Part shown: positions 35,961 through 44,932 of the stretch, in pieces
Position numbering within the stretch: the first letter of the stretch is position 1
How the letters are laid out: each line of letters opens with the position of its first letter
Source of the DNA: Azoarcus sp.
GTDB taxonomy: Bacteria; Pseudomonadota; Gammaproteobacteria; Burkholderiales; Rhodocyclaceae
Length of the DNA stretch: 64,000 nucleotides
Direction of reading: 5' to 3'
Assembly (NCBI GenBank): GCA_031546845.1
Contig: JAVBJT010000038.1
Span: forward strand, 2,387 to 66,386
Notes under the pieces: model-generated
Databases searched by the model: none
Told to the model about the DNA's origin: nothing
Seen by the model: the letters and a program-made list of their open reading frames with translations, nothing else
Made by a program: the position numbers and the translations under genes

Positions 35961-36121
35961 CGCGGGAAGGGCTCGAAAAATGCGGAATGGCGCCGCTAGA
36001 AAAAAGCGCGCAAATTGGACAAGGCGCTTGAAGAATAGTTTGAAAATGATACTGCAGTGCACAATGGAATGCACGAAATGTCCGAATTTACGCGGCTTGG
36101 CGGAATGGCCCGGCATGCGGC

Positions 36122-37906
36122 TCAGTTCCCGAGGGTAAAGCAGAAGCGGGCGCCTTCACCGGGCTTGGAGTATGCCCAGATCACGCCGCCGTGGCGTTGA
36201 ATGATGCGCTGCACAGTCGCCAGGCCAATGCCGGTACCGGCAAATTCGGTAGCGTGGTGCAGGCGGTGGAAAGGGCGAAACAGGTTGGAAGCGAACGCCA
36301 TGTCGAAACCCGCGCCGTTGTCTTCGATACAGAACACACGCTGCTCGCGCTCACGCTCGGCACGAAAGGTAATGCGCGTGACCGGCTCGCGGGAAGAGAA
36401 CTTCCACGCGTTTCTCAGCAGGTTTTCGATCAGCGCGAGGGCGAGCGTGCGATCCGCCGTCACCATCAAACCGTGGGTAATCTCCAGTTCAACAACGCGC
36501 GTGGGCTCCTCTGCGCGTAGCTCATCCATGACCTGCATCACCAGATCGGACAGATCGAAGGTTTCCTTTTGCAGCGGCTCCCGGGTAAGGCGGGCCAGCT
36601 CGATCAATGCGTCAATCAAATGCGCCATGCGCTGCGTGGCTTTGAGAATGCGCTCGATATGCCCGCGCGAATCGTCGTCGAGCCGATCCGCCAGTTCTTC
36701 CTCGAGAATACGCGCAAAGCCATCGATTGCACGCAGCGGCGCGCGCAAATCGTGAGAGACGGAGTAGGAAAAAGCTTCCAACTCGCGGTTGGAGGCTTCC
36801 AGTTCGGTGGTACGCAGGCGGACGCGGGCTTCCAGTTCCTGATTCACATTCTTCAGCGTCAGTTCCGCCACCTTTCGCGCGGAAATATCGGTTAGCGTGC
36901 CGGCAATGCCTTGTGGCGCCTCATCGATATCCAGAACCGGCCGGCAGGCGGCCTCGATCCAGCGGATCTCCCCCTTGCGCGTGCGCAGGCGCAATTCACA
37001 ACGGCATTCCGGCTGCGTGCCGCCGATGACGCCGGCAAATTGGGCTTGTGCGTCGGCGCGATCGTCGGGATGCAGAAAATCGACCAAAGGCTTGCCCAAG
37101 CCCTGATCGACGCGATAGCCGCTGACGACCTGCCAGAAACGGTTGAGAAAAGTCAGGCGGCCTTCCGCGTCGGAACGGAAAATGACCTCATTGACCGATT
37201 CGACCACTTCGGAATAGCGCCGCTGGCTCTCATGCAACGCACGCGCGGTGCCAATCCGCTCGGTCACGTCCCGCCCGATGCCGTGATAACCGGCAAACAC
37301 CCCGCCGCGCGACAAGGGCCGCCCAACGAGTTCGAGGTAGCGGATGCGCCGGTCGGCGCCACGCAGGGAAAAAATCTGCGTCACCGTTTCGCGGTACTTC
37401 AAACTGGCGCGATAAGGCTCCCAGTCGGTCGCGCCGACAATATCGGCGCCTGCCAGATCCCACGGATGCTGGCCAACGAGCGAAACCGGATTCAATCCGG
37501 TACAACCACGAAATCCTCTGCTGACAGCGACATAGCGGTGATCCTCGTCCGTGCGCCACGTCCAGTCCGAAGCCAGCTCGACAACGGCGGCACGCATCCG
37601 CGAGCGCTCGATCAGCTTCGATTGCAGGCGCGTAGCGCGGGCCAGCCCTACCCGATAGCCAACACCCCCAACAAGCGCAAGCCCGATCAACGCCAGAACG
37701 GCCAGCGTCCAGGGATCGCCGTCGATGATAAAACCGTCGGCCAAAGCGGGCAGCGGCATACACAACGGCAGCAACGCGATAGCTTGAACGCACGCCCCGC
37801 TGAGTTGGCGCTTGGAACAGGTGTTATCCACTGTGCATTGATCGTCGAGTCGCCGCGAGAATGTTTTCTCTATACCATAGTTTTCTGCTTTGCAGAGGTG
37901 GCGCAA
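36122..37906 (-). CDS. PAS-domain sensor histidine kinase (TM, 2x PAS, HisKA, HATPase)
   Basis: H-box EAFSYSVSHDLRAPLRAI, N/G boxes (RNAWKF, IEDNGAGFD, GTGIGLATV). Confidence 0.8.
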   Translation of the reverse strand: MRHLCKAENYGIEKTFSRRLDDQCTVDNTCSKRQLSGACVQAIALLPLCMPLPALADGFIIDGDPWTLAVLALIGLALVGGVGYRVGLARATRLQSKLIERSRMRAAVVELASDWTWRTDEDHRYVAVSRGFRGCTGLNPVSLVGQHPWDLAGADIVGATDWEPYRASLKYRETVTQIFSLRGADRRIRYLELVGRPLSRGGVFAGYHGIGRDVTERIGTARALHESQRRYSEVVESVNEVIFRSDAEGRLTFLNRFWQVVSGYRVDQGLGKPLVDFLHPDDRADAQAQFAGVIGGTQPECRCELRLRTRKGEIRWIEAACRPVLDIDEAPQGIAGTLTDISARKVAELTLKNVNQELEARVRLRTTELEASNRELEAFSYSVSHDLRAPLRAIDGFARILEEELADRLDDDSRGHIERILKATQRMAHLIDALIELARLTREPLQKETFDLSDLVMQVMDELRAEEPTRVVELEITHGLMVTADRTLALALIENLLRNAWKFSSREPVTRITFRAEREREQRVFCIEDNGAGFDMAFASNLFRPFHRLHHATEFAGTGIGLATVQRIIQRHGGVIWAYSKPGEGARFCFTLGN

Positions 37907-37995
37907 GGCATATGGATACTGCCGGGATGCGCGCCATACCTACCTATGGCCGTTGGGTTCTTTCCACATCATCGACATAAAGGCTTGCCGACGCC

Positions 37996-39153
37996 ATGCT
38001 CAATACTCGCCTTTCATCCACGCTGTTTATGCTGGCCGCTGGCCTACCCTGCGCCGTTTCGCCCGTGTTCGCCCAAGCTCAGGCGCCAACCCAGGCGGTG
38101 GCGCGCGGCGAAACGGAAACGGTTCGCGCCACCACAATCGTTTGCGGCCTGACGCATCCCTGGGCGCTTGCCTTCCTGCCGGATCGGCGCATGTTGATTA
38201 CGGAACGGCCCGGACGCATGCGCATCCTATCGGCGGACGGCACTTTGTCGGCGCCGCTGGCGGGCGTGCCCAAAGTCCATGCGCAAGGCCAAGGCGGCCT
38301 GCTCGACGTTGTGCTCGGCCCCGGTTTCGGCAGCGACCACGCCATCTTCTTTTCTTACGCCGAACCAACGGCCAACGGCGCGCGCACCGCCGTGGCGCGG
38401 GCAACACTGGATGTGGACGCACTGCGCCTGCGCAACGTCGAACGTATCTTCGCCCAGCGCGACGACCCCGCTGGCGGCAACCACTGGGGCTCCCGCCTAG
38501 TGTTCGGAACCGACGGTAAGCTGTTCGTCACACTGGGCGACCGCTACGATCACCGTGACAAAGCGCAAGACCTCGGCAGCCACCTGGGTAAGATCGTCCG
38601 CATTGAAGCCGACGGCCGCGTGCCGGCGGACAACCCCTTCGCCGGCCGCCCCGGCGTTTTGCCGGAAATCTGGTCTTATGGGCATCGCAACGTGCAAGGC
38701 GCGGCGCTTAACCCGGCCAACGGCGAACTCTGGATCGACGAGCACGGACCACAGGGCGGCGACGAGGTAAACCGCGTATTGGCCGGGCGCAATTACGGCT
38801 GGCCGGTGATTACCCATGGGCGCGAGTACGTCACCGGCTTCAAGATCGGCGAGGGCACCGAGCGCGCCGACGTCGAACCGCCGCTGCTGCAATGGACACC
38901 CTCGACCGCGCCGTCGGGCATGGCCTTTTACACCGGCGACGCCTATCCGCAGTGGAAGGGCAACGTCTTCGTCGGTGCGCTCAAATTCCAAATGCTCGTC
39001 CGCCTGCAACTGGACGGCAACAAAATCGTGCGCGAGGAGCGCCTGTTAAGCAACCTGGGGAAACGCATCCGCGACGTGCGCCAGGGACCGGACGGCAAAC
39101 TGTGGCTGCTGGATGACAGCGACGGTTGCGTGCTACGGCTGGACCCGGCATGA
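37996..39153 (+). CDS. PQQ-dependent sugar dehydrogenase (soluble aldose/glucose dehydrogenase, YliI-like beta-propeller)
   Basis: 385-aa ORF with signal peptide; conserved blocks LTHPWALAFLPDRRMLITERPGRMR, GGLLDV, SYGHRNVQG. Confidence 0.8.
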   Translation: MLNTRLSSTLFMLAAGLPCAVSPVFAQAQAPTQAVARGETETVRATTIVCGLTHPWALAFLPDRRMLITERPGRMRILSADGTLSAPLAGVPKVHAQGQGGLLDVVLGPGFGSDHAIFFSYAEPTANGARTAVARATLDVDALRLRNVERIFAQRDDPAGGNHWGSRLVFGTDGKLFVTLGDRYDHRDKAQDLGSHLGKIVRIEADGRVPADNPFAGRPGVLPEIWSYGHRNVQGAALNPANGELWIDEHGPQGGDEVNRVLAGRNYGWPVITHGREYVTGFKIGEGTERADVEPPLLQWTPSTAPSGMAFYTGDAYPQWKGNVFVGALKFQMLVRLQLDGNKIVREERLLSNLGKRIRDVRQGPDGKLWLLDDSDGCVLRLDPA

Positions 39154-39247
39154 CGATCACGATCAACCGCGGCGGAGCACTACTCAAGGCATTTTCGACC
39201 TTATCCGAAGCGATTCATGAACCTGCGGAGCACAGGAGGAGCATTTC

Positions 39248-39994
39248 TTGAAACCCGTACTTTTGATCACCGGCGCCAGCCGTGGCATTGGCGCTGCCAT
39301 CGCACGGCTGGCGGCACAACGCGGCTTCGCGGTTGTCATCAACTATGCCAGCAAGGCATCCGCCGCCGATGAAGTCGTGCGCGACATTCGCGCCCACGGC
39401 GGCACCGCTGCCGCGATACGGGCCGACGTCGGCGAGGAGGCCCAGGTGCTGGCGATGTTCGAGCGGATCGACACCGAATTCGGCCGTCTGGCCGCACTGG
39501 TGAACAACGCCGGCGTGGTGGATGTGCAGGCGCGCGTGGACGAAATGAGCGCCGAACGCATCGCGCGCATGTTCCGCATCAACGTAATCGGCAGCTTTTT
39601 GTGCGCACGCGAAGCGGTGCGGCGCATGAGCCCGCGCCACGGCGGCGCGGGCGGCGCCATCGTCAACCTCTCCAGCGCCGCGGCGCGCCTCGGCTCACCG
39701 GGCGAGTACGTGGATTACGCCGCGAGCAAAGGTGCCATCGACGCCTTCACCCTCGGTCTGGCGCGCGAAGTGGCGACGGAAGGCATCCGCGTGAATGCGG
39801 TGCGCCCTGGCCTGATCGATACCGAAATCCACGCCAGCGGCGGCATGGCCGACCGTGCCCACGCACTCGCGCCCACGGTGCCGATCAAACGCCCCGGCAC
39901 GGCCGAAGAAGTCGCCCAGGCGGTACTGTGGCTCCTGTCGCCCGAAGCCAGCTATACGACGGGTGCTTTACTCGACGTGACAGGAGGCCGCTGA
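39248..39994 (+). CDS. SDR-family oxidoreductase
   Basis: TGASRGIGAAIA Rossmann motif, NNAG, catalytic YxxxK (YAASKGAID). Confidence 0.85.
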   Translation: MKPVLLITGASRGIGAAIARLAAQRGFAVVINYASKASAADEVVRDIRAHGGTAAAIRADVGEEAQVLAMFERIDTEFGRLAALVNNAGVVDVQARVDEMSAERIARMFRINVIGSFLCAREAVRRMSPRHGGAGGAIVNLSSAAARLGSPGEYVDYAASKGAIDAFTLGLAREVATEGIRVNAVRPGLIDTEIHASGGMADRAHALAPTVPIKRPGTAEEVAQAVLWLLSPEASYTTGALLDVTGGR

Positions 39995-40080
39995 AGCCGC
40001 GCCAAGCCCACTTCTACCGCTTGTTGAATCTCCAACTTCTATCGATCAAAATTGCACCATGCACACTAGCGAGGGCTGAT

Positions 40081-40440
40081 ATGTTTACCGCAGCCATACG
40101 CCGTACCGATCCTGGCGAAGTATTAGGCAAGGCGCTGATCAACGCCGGCAGGGAGCTCGGCCTGACCCAGGCGGCGCTCGGTGCCGTTATCGGCAAGGAT
40201 CGCAGCGCAATCAGCCGTGGCGGTATCGACCCCACAACCAAGTCGGGCGAGCTCGCCCTGCTGCTGATCCGGGCCTATCGCGCCCTGTTCGTGCTGATGG
40301 GCGGCGATTCAACGCAAATGAAACACTGGATGCACACCGGCAACCACCACACCGGTGGCGTGCCGGCTGAACAAATCCGCAGTGTGCAAGGCCTGTTGCG
40401 GGTAGTCGAATATCTCGACGCGATGCGCGGCAAGGCGTGA
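40081..40440 (+). CDS. Xre/MbcA/ParS-type antitoxin (DUF2384)
   Basis: 119-aa ORF starting MFTAAIRRTDPGEVLGKALINAGRELGLTQAALGAVIG (HTH-like) with C-terminal toxin-binding-like region; GTGA start/stop overlap with downstream RES gene. Confidence 0.6.
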   Translation: MFTAAIRRTDPGEVLGKALINAGRELGLTQAALGAVIGKDRSAISRGGIDPTTKSGELALLLIRAYRALFVLMGGDSTQMKHWMHTGNHHTGGVPAEQIRSVQGLLRVVEYLDAMRGKA

Positions 40441-41204
40441 ACTCCAGCGCGCACCTCGACCTCTGGGCACTTGCCGGCGCGCGGGCCAAAGAAGTCGCGC
40501 TCGGTGGCGCCATCCTGCGGCTGGTGGAAAGCCAGGCACAGGTCGCCACCAACCGCCTTGTCGATACGCTGGACGAACAAGCCCTGCTCGAAACCCTGCT
40601 GGAATCCTCCAAACCCCCGCTGGTCGCGGGCACCGAGCGGCTGCACTACCTGCTTGCCACGCCGTTCCGTTACCCGCCGCTGCGCCACGGCTCCCGCTTT
40701 GGCGGGCGCTTTGAACCCAGCCTGTTCTACGGCGCGCGCAAAGCAACAACCGTCCTGGCCGAAGCGGCTTATTACCGTTTGGTTTTTCTCCACGGCATGG
40801 CACAGCCCCCCGCCACACCGCTAAGAACGCAACACACCTTGTTTAGCGCCACAATCCGCTGCAGCCGTGGCCTGCGCCTGCAAGCCGCGCCTTTCGACGC
40901 ATGGTTCGACACCATCACCGACCCGACGGACTATACGGCCACCCAAGCTCTTGGCGGCGCAATGCGCGCAGCGGGCATCGCCGCCTTCGAATACCCTTCC
41001 ACGCGGGATCGCGCGCACGGCATCAACCTTGCCCTGCTCACCCCTGCCGCGCTGGCATCGACACGACCTACCCAGACTCAACCGTGGCTGGCGGAAACCA
41101 CCCCAGCCGGCGTGAATTTTTACAGTACCGAGCACGGCGAGGTTCACCGCTTCGCCCGCGCCGACTTCGAAATCGACGGCAGACTTCCCGCCCCGGCGAT
41201 GTAG
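40437..41204 (+). CDS. RES-domain toxin (NAD+-targeting RES family)
   Basis: 255-aa ORF with R...E...S motif region (PLRHGSRFGGRFEPSLFYGARKATTVLAEAAYY...S); GTG start. Confidence 0.65.
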   Translation: MNSSAHLDLWALAGARAKEVALGGAILRLVESQAQVATNRLVDTLDEQALLETLLESSKPPLVAGTERLHYLLATPFRYPPLRHGSRFGGRFEPSLFYGARKATTVLAEAAYYRLVFLHGMAQPPATPLRTQHTLFSATIRCSRGLRLQAAPFDAWFDTITDPTDYTATQALGGAMRAAGIAAFEYPSTRDRAHGINLALLTPAALASTRPTQTQPWLAETTPAGVNFYSTEHGEVHRFARADFEIDGRLPAPAM

Positions 41205-41252
41205 CATGGCCCTGCTCAACACGCATTTTTCAATGGCGGCAATACGAATCAA

Positions 41253-41798
41253 ATGGTTGAAATAGCTGGACAATCCGCACCGTCACCCTGGGTGGCGCGT
41301 TTTTCACCCCTGATCGCGCCAGGCGGCGAGGTACTCGATTACGCCTGCGGCAGCGGACGGCACGCGCGCTGGCTCGCGCGGCGCGGGTTTCGCGTCGAAG
41401 CGGTAGACCGCGACAGCGCCGCGCTTGAACTGCTGCGCGGCACGCCGGGCGTAAAACCGCGCCGCGCCGATCTGGAAAACGAACCGTGGCCCTACAACGG
41501 CCGCCGCTTCGATGCCGTGGTGGTCACCAACTACCTGTTCCGCCCACGCCTCAATCTACTGCTCGACACACTAAACCCAGGCGGCGTGCTGATCTACGAA
41601 ACCTTCATGATCGGCAACGAACGCTTCGGCAAACCGAACAACCCGGATTTTCTCCTGACGCCAGGGGAATTGCTCCAGCATCTCGCGCCAAACTGGACCA
41701 TCGTCGCCTTCGAACAAGGCGAAATCACCACCCCGCGCGCAGCAGTCGTGCAACGCGTCTGCGCTATTCGGGATGGCGTTGTGCCACGTTTACCTTAG
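41253..41798 (+). CDS. Small class-I SAM-dependent methyltransferase
   Basis: Motif I VLDYACGSGRHARWLARRG and motif post-I/II (FDAVVVTNYL). Confidence 0.7.
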   Translation: MVEIAGQSAPSPWVARFSPLIAPGGEVLDYACGSGRHARWLARRGFRVEAVDRDSAALELLRGTPGVKPRRADLENEPWPYNGRRFDAVVVTNYLFRPRLNLLLDTLNPGGVLIYETFMIGNERFGKPNNPDFLLTPGELLQHLAPNWTIVAFEQGEITTPRAAVVQRVCAIRDGVVPRLP

Positions 41799-41852
41799 AA
41801 CCCGCCTACGATATCCGCAGCAACAATATCCATTCATCACACGGGGCCGACC

Positions 41853-42128
41853 ATGGAAAAGGAAAATGAAAAGGATGACTACAATTTGCTGCACAGCTTT
41901 TCCATGGTGGAAGCCAGCTTGCATTACACCATCAGTGTTTTTGGCAATGAGCTCGCCAGAAGGGAGGGATACAAAGTCCACAGCGGACTCGGCGCGGTTC
42001 ATTACTACCTGTGCGTCAAATTCGGCTGGTTGCCGGAAAGAGTCCGCTCAATGAGTTGGCGCGATCTTCATTTTTTGCTGATAGAAGACATGCATGGCTG
42101 GACTATCCCCAAAGAAGCTCAGCGTTAG
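41853..42128 (+). CDS. Hypothetical protein (91 aa), first ORF of reduced-GC island
   Basis: ORF with plausible RBS; no family recognised; GC drops at ~41.8 kb. Confidence 0.35.
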   Translation: MEKENEKDDYNLLHSFSMVEASLHYTISVFGNELARREGYKVHSGLGAVHYYLCVKFGWLPERVRSMSWRDLHFLLIEDMHGWTIPKEAQR

Positions 42129-42203
42129 CGAAGCCTCCCCCGGAATTTCGTCTGCCAAGGGCGCCCTAAAAGGGGCGTCATTTTTGGAAGGCAGAAAACG
42201 GAG

Positions 42204-42428
42204 ATGCCGAAGCCTACACGTTCGAATTCAAAGAACTGACGGACAAAGCGTAGGTGCAGGGAACTCGGATTGGGCGATCAGACGTTGCGCAACGGGGTCA
42301 AGGCAGCAGCGGACGGCAAGCTAAACGATGCCGGCGGCAGAATCGTGGTGACTGAGGGAAGAGAACTTTCCAGGCTTTGCGCCGAAAATCCCCGGCTCAA
42401 GCGCAGAGCTCCCGCAGCTACGCATTAG
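42204..42428 (+). pseudogene. Decayed IS3-family transposase orfA remnant (frameshifted, internally deleted, no orfB)
   Basis: MPKPTRSNSKN* then in other frames FEFKELTDKA / ELGLGDQTLRNGVKAAADGKLNDAGGRIVVTEGRELSRLCAENPRLKR resembling IS3 OrfA (MPKPTRR.FS.EFK...HTH...leucine zipper ENxRLK). Confidence 0.5.
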
Positions 42429-42713
42429 TCATAATCCGACACCCCAAAGCCATCATTTTTGTATTCAAATCCAAGCAGTTGAGCCCGGAACGTATCGAAG
42501 GTAGCGGCAAGACCAAGAAAGCGTAGCCGCGTGGCGATGTAGACCGACTGCCCCTGCTAGCAAAAGGTGCGTTGAGCACTTACTATTCACTATGCTGTAA
42601 TTATAAGCGCCGCAATGGCCGTGCATAGATGAAGTCCCCAGCGGGGATAACTACAGCGCACAACGATAAATAGAGTTTTCCGACGAAAAACACAACAATT
42701 CAGGAGGAAAGCA

Positions 42714-43850
42714 ATGCACGTATTCAACGAACGCATCCGCAAGCACGCCAAGCATGTCAAAAGCGTCGGTGCGTATTGCAATACAGAAGAAACCACAAAG
42801 CAGGCGCTGATCCTGCCTATGCTCGACATTCTTGGTTTTTCACCGTTCGACCCGACAAAGGTAAAAGCCGAATATGGCGCTGACCTTCCTGGCGTAAAAA
42901 GCAGCGAGCGCATTGATTACGCGCTTTTTTGCCACGGTATGCCGGTAATGCTTATAGCGGTTAAGGCATACAGCGAAACGCTGGAAAATCACTGCCCACA
43001 ACTGGCGCGGTACTTCAATGCAACACCGAAAATGACCATTGCCGCCATCACGAACGGCAGAGAATGGCGCTTTTTTACTGGTCTCAACAACAAGAACGTG
43101 ATGGATGCAACGCCGTTTTTGTCCGTCAGCTTCGAGAACATGGATGGCACGCTGGTTAATCGTCTATCCCGCTTCCGCCATGACGAGTTCCAGCCGGAAG
43201 TTTTACGCATGCTGGCCGAGGAAACGGTGTACCTCAACGCCTTCACCGACGTAATCAGCCAAGCCTTGTGCAAACCGGACGCCGAGTTTGTCCGTTACGT
43301 GGCTGGACGAGCAGGCATCCAGCGTCAGATCAATGCTCGCTTCATCGAGTCGGCCACGCCTATCGTCAAGCAGGCGGTAGAACGGTCGGTCAGTAAAATG
43401 GCGGTATCCGGCCTGACGACAAAACCCATAAATTCAAAGCCGGTTGAAACGACAGATGAACAGCAAGACATTATCGATCCGGACAACCCGAAGATAGTTA
43501 CAACCTATGCCGAGCGGCGTATTTTCGAAGTTGCAAAAAACATTGTTGGCGATGCGGATATCATTGCACGAGACACGGAAAACTATTTCTCTGTCCTGTA
43601 CCAGAACAAGGCCAATCGTTGGTTGCTACGCTACTACGGCAACCGACGGCAACCGACGATTACCGTTTGTGTGCCGATGACGGAAGAAAGAAAGCACGAA
43701 ATTATCCGCGCCGGTTTGCAAATAGGGGCAGGAGATTCCATCCTTCTTCCGCAGCCTGAATATCTGCTGTGTATTCCTGGAATCATCTTTGACGCGCTAG
43801 AACACTGTAAGGATGACGCCAATTTCAAGCGTGCTCAGACCGTAGAATAG
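42714..43850 (+). CDS. Solo protein with type-I restriction enzyme HsdR N-terminal-like (PD-(D/E)xK) domain, unknown C-terminal region
   Basis: NTEETTKQALILPMLDILGF...RIDYALF...PVMLIAVKAY matches HsdR_N pattern (E.TK..I.P.L..LG...D..L....P....E.K) with Glu of ExK replaced by Ala; strong RBS aggagg. Confidence 0.5.
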   Translation: MHVFNERIRKHAKHVKSVGAYCNTEETTKQALILPMLDILGFSPFDPTKVKAEYGADLPGVKSSERIDYALFCHGMPVMLIAVKAYSETLENHCPQLARYFNATPKMTIAAITNGREWRFFTGLNNKNVMDATPFLSVSFENMDGTLVNRLSRFRHDEFQPEVLRMLAEETVYLNAFTDVISQALCKPDAEFVRYVAGRAGIQRQINARFIESATPIVKQAVERSVSKMAVSGLTTKPINSKPVETTDEQQDIIDPDNPKIVTTYAERRIFEVAKNIVGDADIIARDTENYFSVLYQNKANRWLLRYYGNRRQPTITVCVPMTEERKHEIIRAGLQIGAGDSILLPQPEYLLCIPGIIFDALEHCKDDANFKRAQTVE

Positions 43851-43883
43851 CCACCCGGCTGAACACGCTCATTTATGGCGTGG

Positions 43884-43988
43884 TAATCGGAGAAGTACGG
43901 CTGGTGCCAGAAAACGGCACTCTGACCGCAGAAATGCAAAGCGTCGGGCTAGCCGGCGCTTTGCAAATAACGTTGGTTGCGGGGACAG
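43884..43988. repeat. ~105-bp att-like repeat copy A (recombinase 3' tail + degenerate tRNA-fMet 3' end); copy B at 47886-47990
   Basis: ~88% identity to 47886-47990 including ggagaagtacggctgg...ccgcagaaatgcaaagcg...ttggttgcgggg; diverges where copy B enters tRNA T-arm. Confidence 0.6.
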
Positions 43989-44085
43989 AATTCGACCGTT
44001 GTTTGCCTCAAGTAATCAGGTTCGAAGGCTTACGGTAATCCCGTGTGTTTTTTATCTTTGAGCTGCCTACACATGGGCACGCTTC

Positions 44086-44115
44086 TTGACCTTTAGCCGC
44101 AGCCGGGCCTATGCT
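44086..44115 (+). promoter_or_regulatory. Candidate sigma70 promoter (TTGACC-N18-TATGCT)
   Basis: Near-consensus -35/-10 with 18-nt spacer directly upstream of structured region ending in terminator. Confidence 0.4.
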
Positions 44116-44121
44116 CCCCGT

Positions 44122-44207
44122 GTCGCCGATACAGAGGCGACCGGGGGTGAGAGCCCGGACTGCGGCGGCGATGAGCCGCCACACGCGCAAGCTGTGCGGC
44201 TTTTTTG
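44122..44207 (+). ncRNA. Candidate ~85-nt small RNA (three stem-loops, ends in Rho-independent terminator)
   Basis: Hairpins gtcgccgatacagaggcgac, cgggggtgagagcccg and terminator gccgccacacgcgcaagctgtgcggc+tttttt at 44175-44206. Confidence 0.35.
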
Positions 44208-44640
44208 CGCCTTGGTGTGCCTTCTATGGGCGACCGGGCGGAGGGCGCCGCAAGGTGCGCCGGATGCCGTAGCCGGTCTCTCAACCTCCGTTTCGGTCGC
44301 CCACCCGTTTGAGAGCGGGACGGGCGGTTCAGAACCACTTACGGATCTGCACATCATGGCAAACATCGCCCAAGACGCACCCGCGCCCACCTGCACCACC
44401 CAAACCGTCTCCTTCTTCTCCATTTCTCCCGACATCGGCCCGTTGTTCGCCGTGTGCCCAAGCATACCGCTATTGGAAATTCAAGCGGCATCCAACCTGT
44501 TTGCCGCAGCAAGGGACACCGCCTACCGCTACGCGGCGGACCAACGCGGCGATGAGGCTTACGCCCCCGCCTGCCTCATCGAGATGGCGAAAGCGGCTAT
44601 TGAACTTCGATCTTGGCGGACCTCCCAGAAGGAGCAAAAG

Positions 44641-44932
44641 CATGAACGAGTTCATTCGGATCGAAATCCACGATATGGCGGACAGCAGTGTTCAGATCGT
44701 CAATGCCCGCAATCTTTGGGCATTTGTGGAAAGTAAGCGCCAGCTTTCTGGCTGGATAAAAGGCAGAATCATATTGTCAGTCGGCGAGGAAATGTTTGGC
44801 GTCATTTTTTGCAACCTTATCTTGCACCAAGGAACCTCTGGGCCGTTTTATTGGGTTTTAATTACTTATTCTCTTAAGAAATTCGACAGCAATTTGACAG
44901 ATTCTTCTAAATACCTGAGAAAATCAATGTAA
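44641..44932 (+). pseudogene. Possible truncated phage antirepressor AntA-like N-terminal fragment
   Basis: MNEFIRIEIHDMADSSVQIVNARNLWAFVESKRQLSGWIKGRI resembles AntA/AntB N-terminal motif (VNAR.LH.FL..K..FS.WIK.RI); similarity stops where GC collapses; good RBS aaggag. Confidence 0.3.

Noticed and set aside
39601-40080. Long version (279 aa) of the antitoxin ORF beginning inside the SDR gene
   Set aside because: The N-terminal 160 residues are an Arg/Pro/Gly-rich out-of-frame read of the SDR gene. The functional ORF begins at ATG 40081 after the SDR stop.
44100-44340. Considered whether the structured GC-rich region in the island is tmRNA (ssrA) or a tRNA fragment, since islands often integrate at ssrA
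   Set aside because: No tag-reading-frame-like sequence, no tRNA-like acceptor/T-arm ending in CCA, and no conserved tmRNA pseudoknot signature that I can see. The tRNA-fMet 3' end at 47.98 kb explains the integration site instead.
44086-44736. 216-aa [24 protein letters not shown]... spanning the sRNA candidate
   Set aside because: It starts inside a promoter-like sequence, runs through an intrinsic terminator hairpin, and has Arg/Ala/Pro-rich low-complexity composition. More likely a GC-frame artefact. A shorter in-frame ORF from 44356 cannot be excluded.
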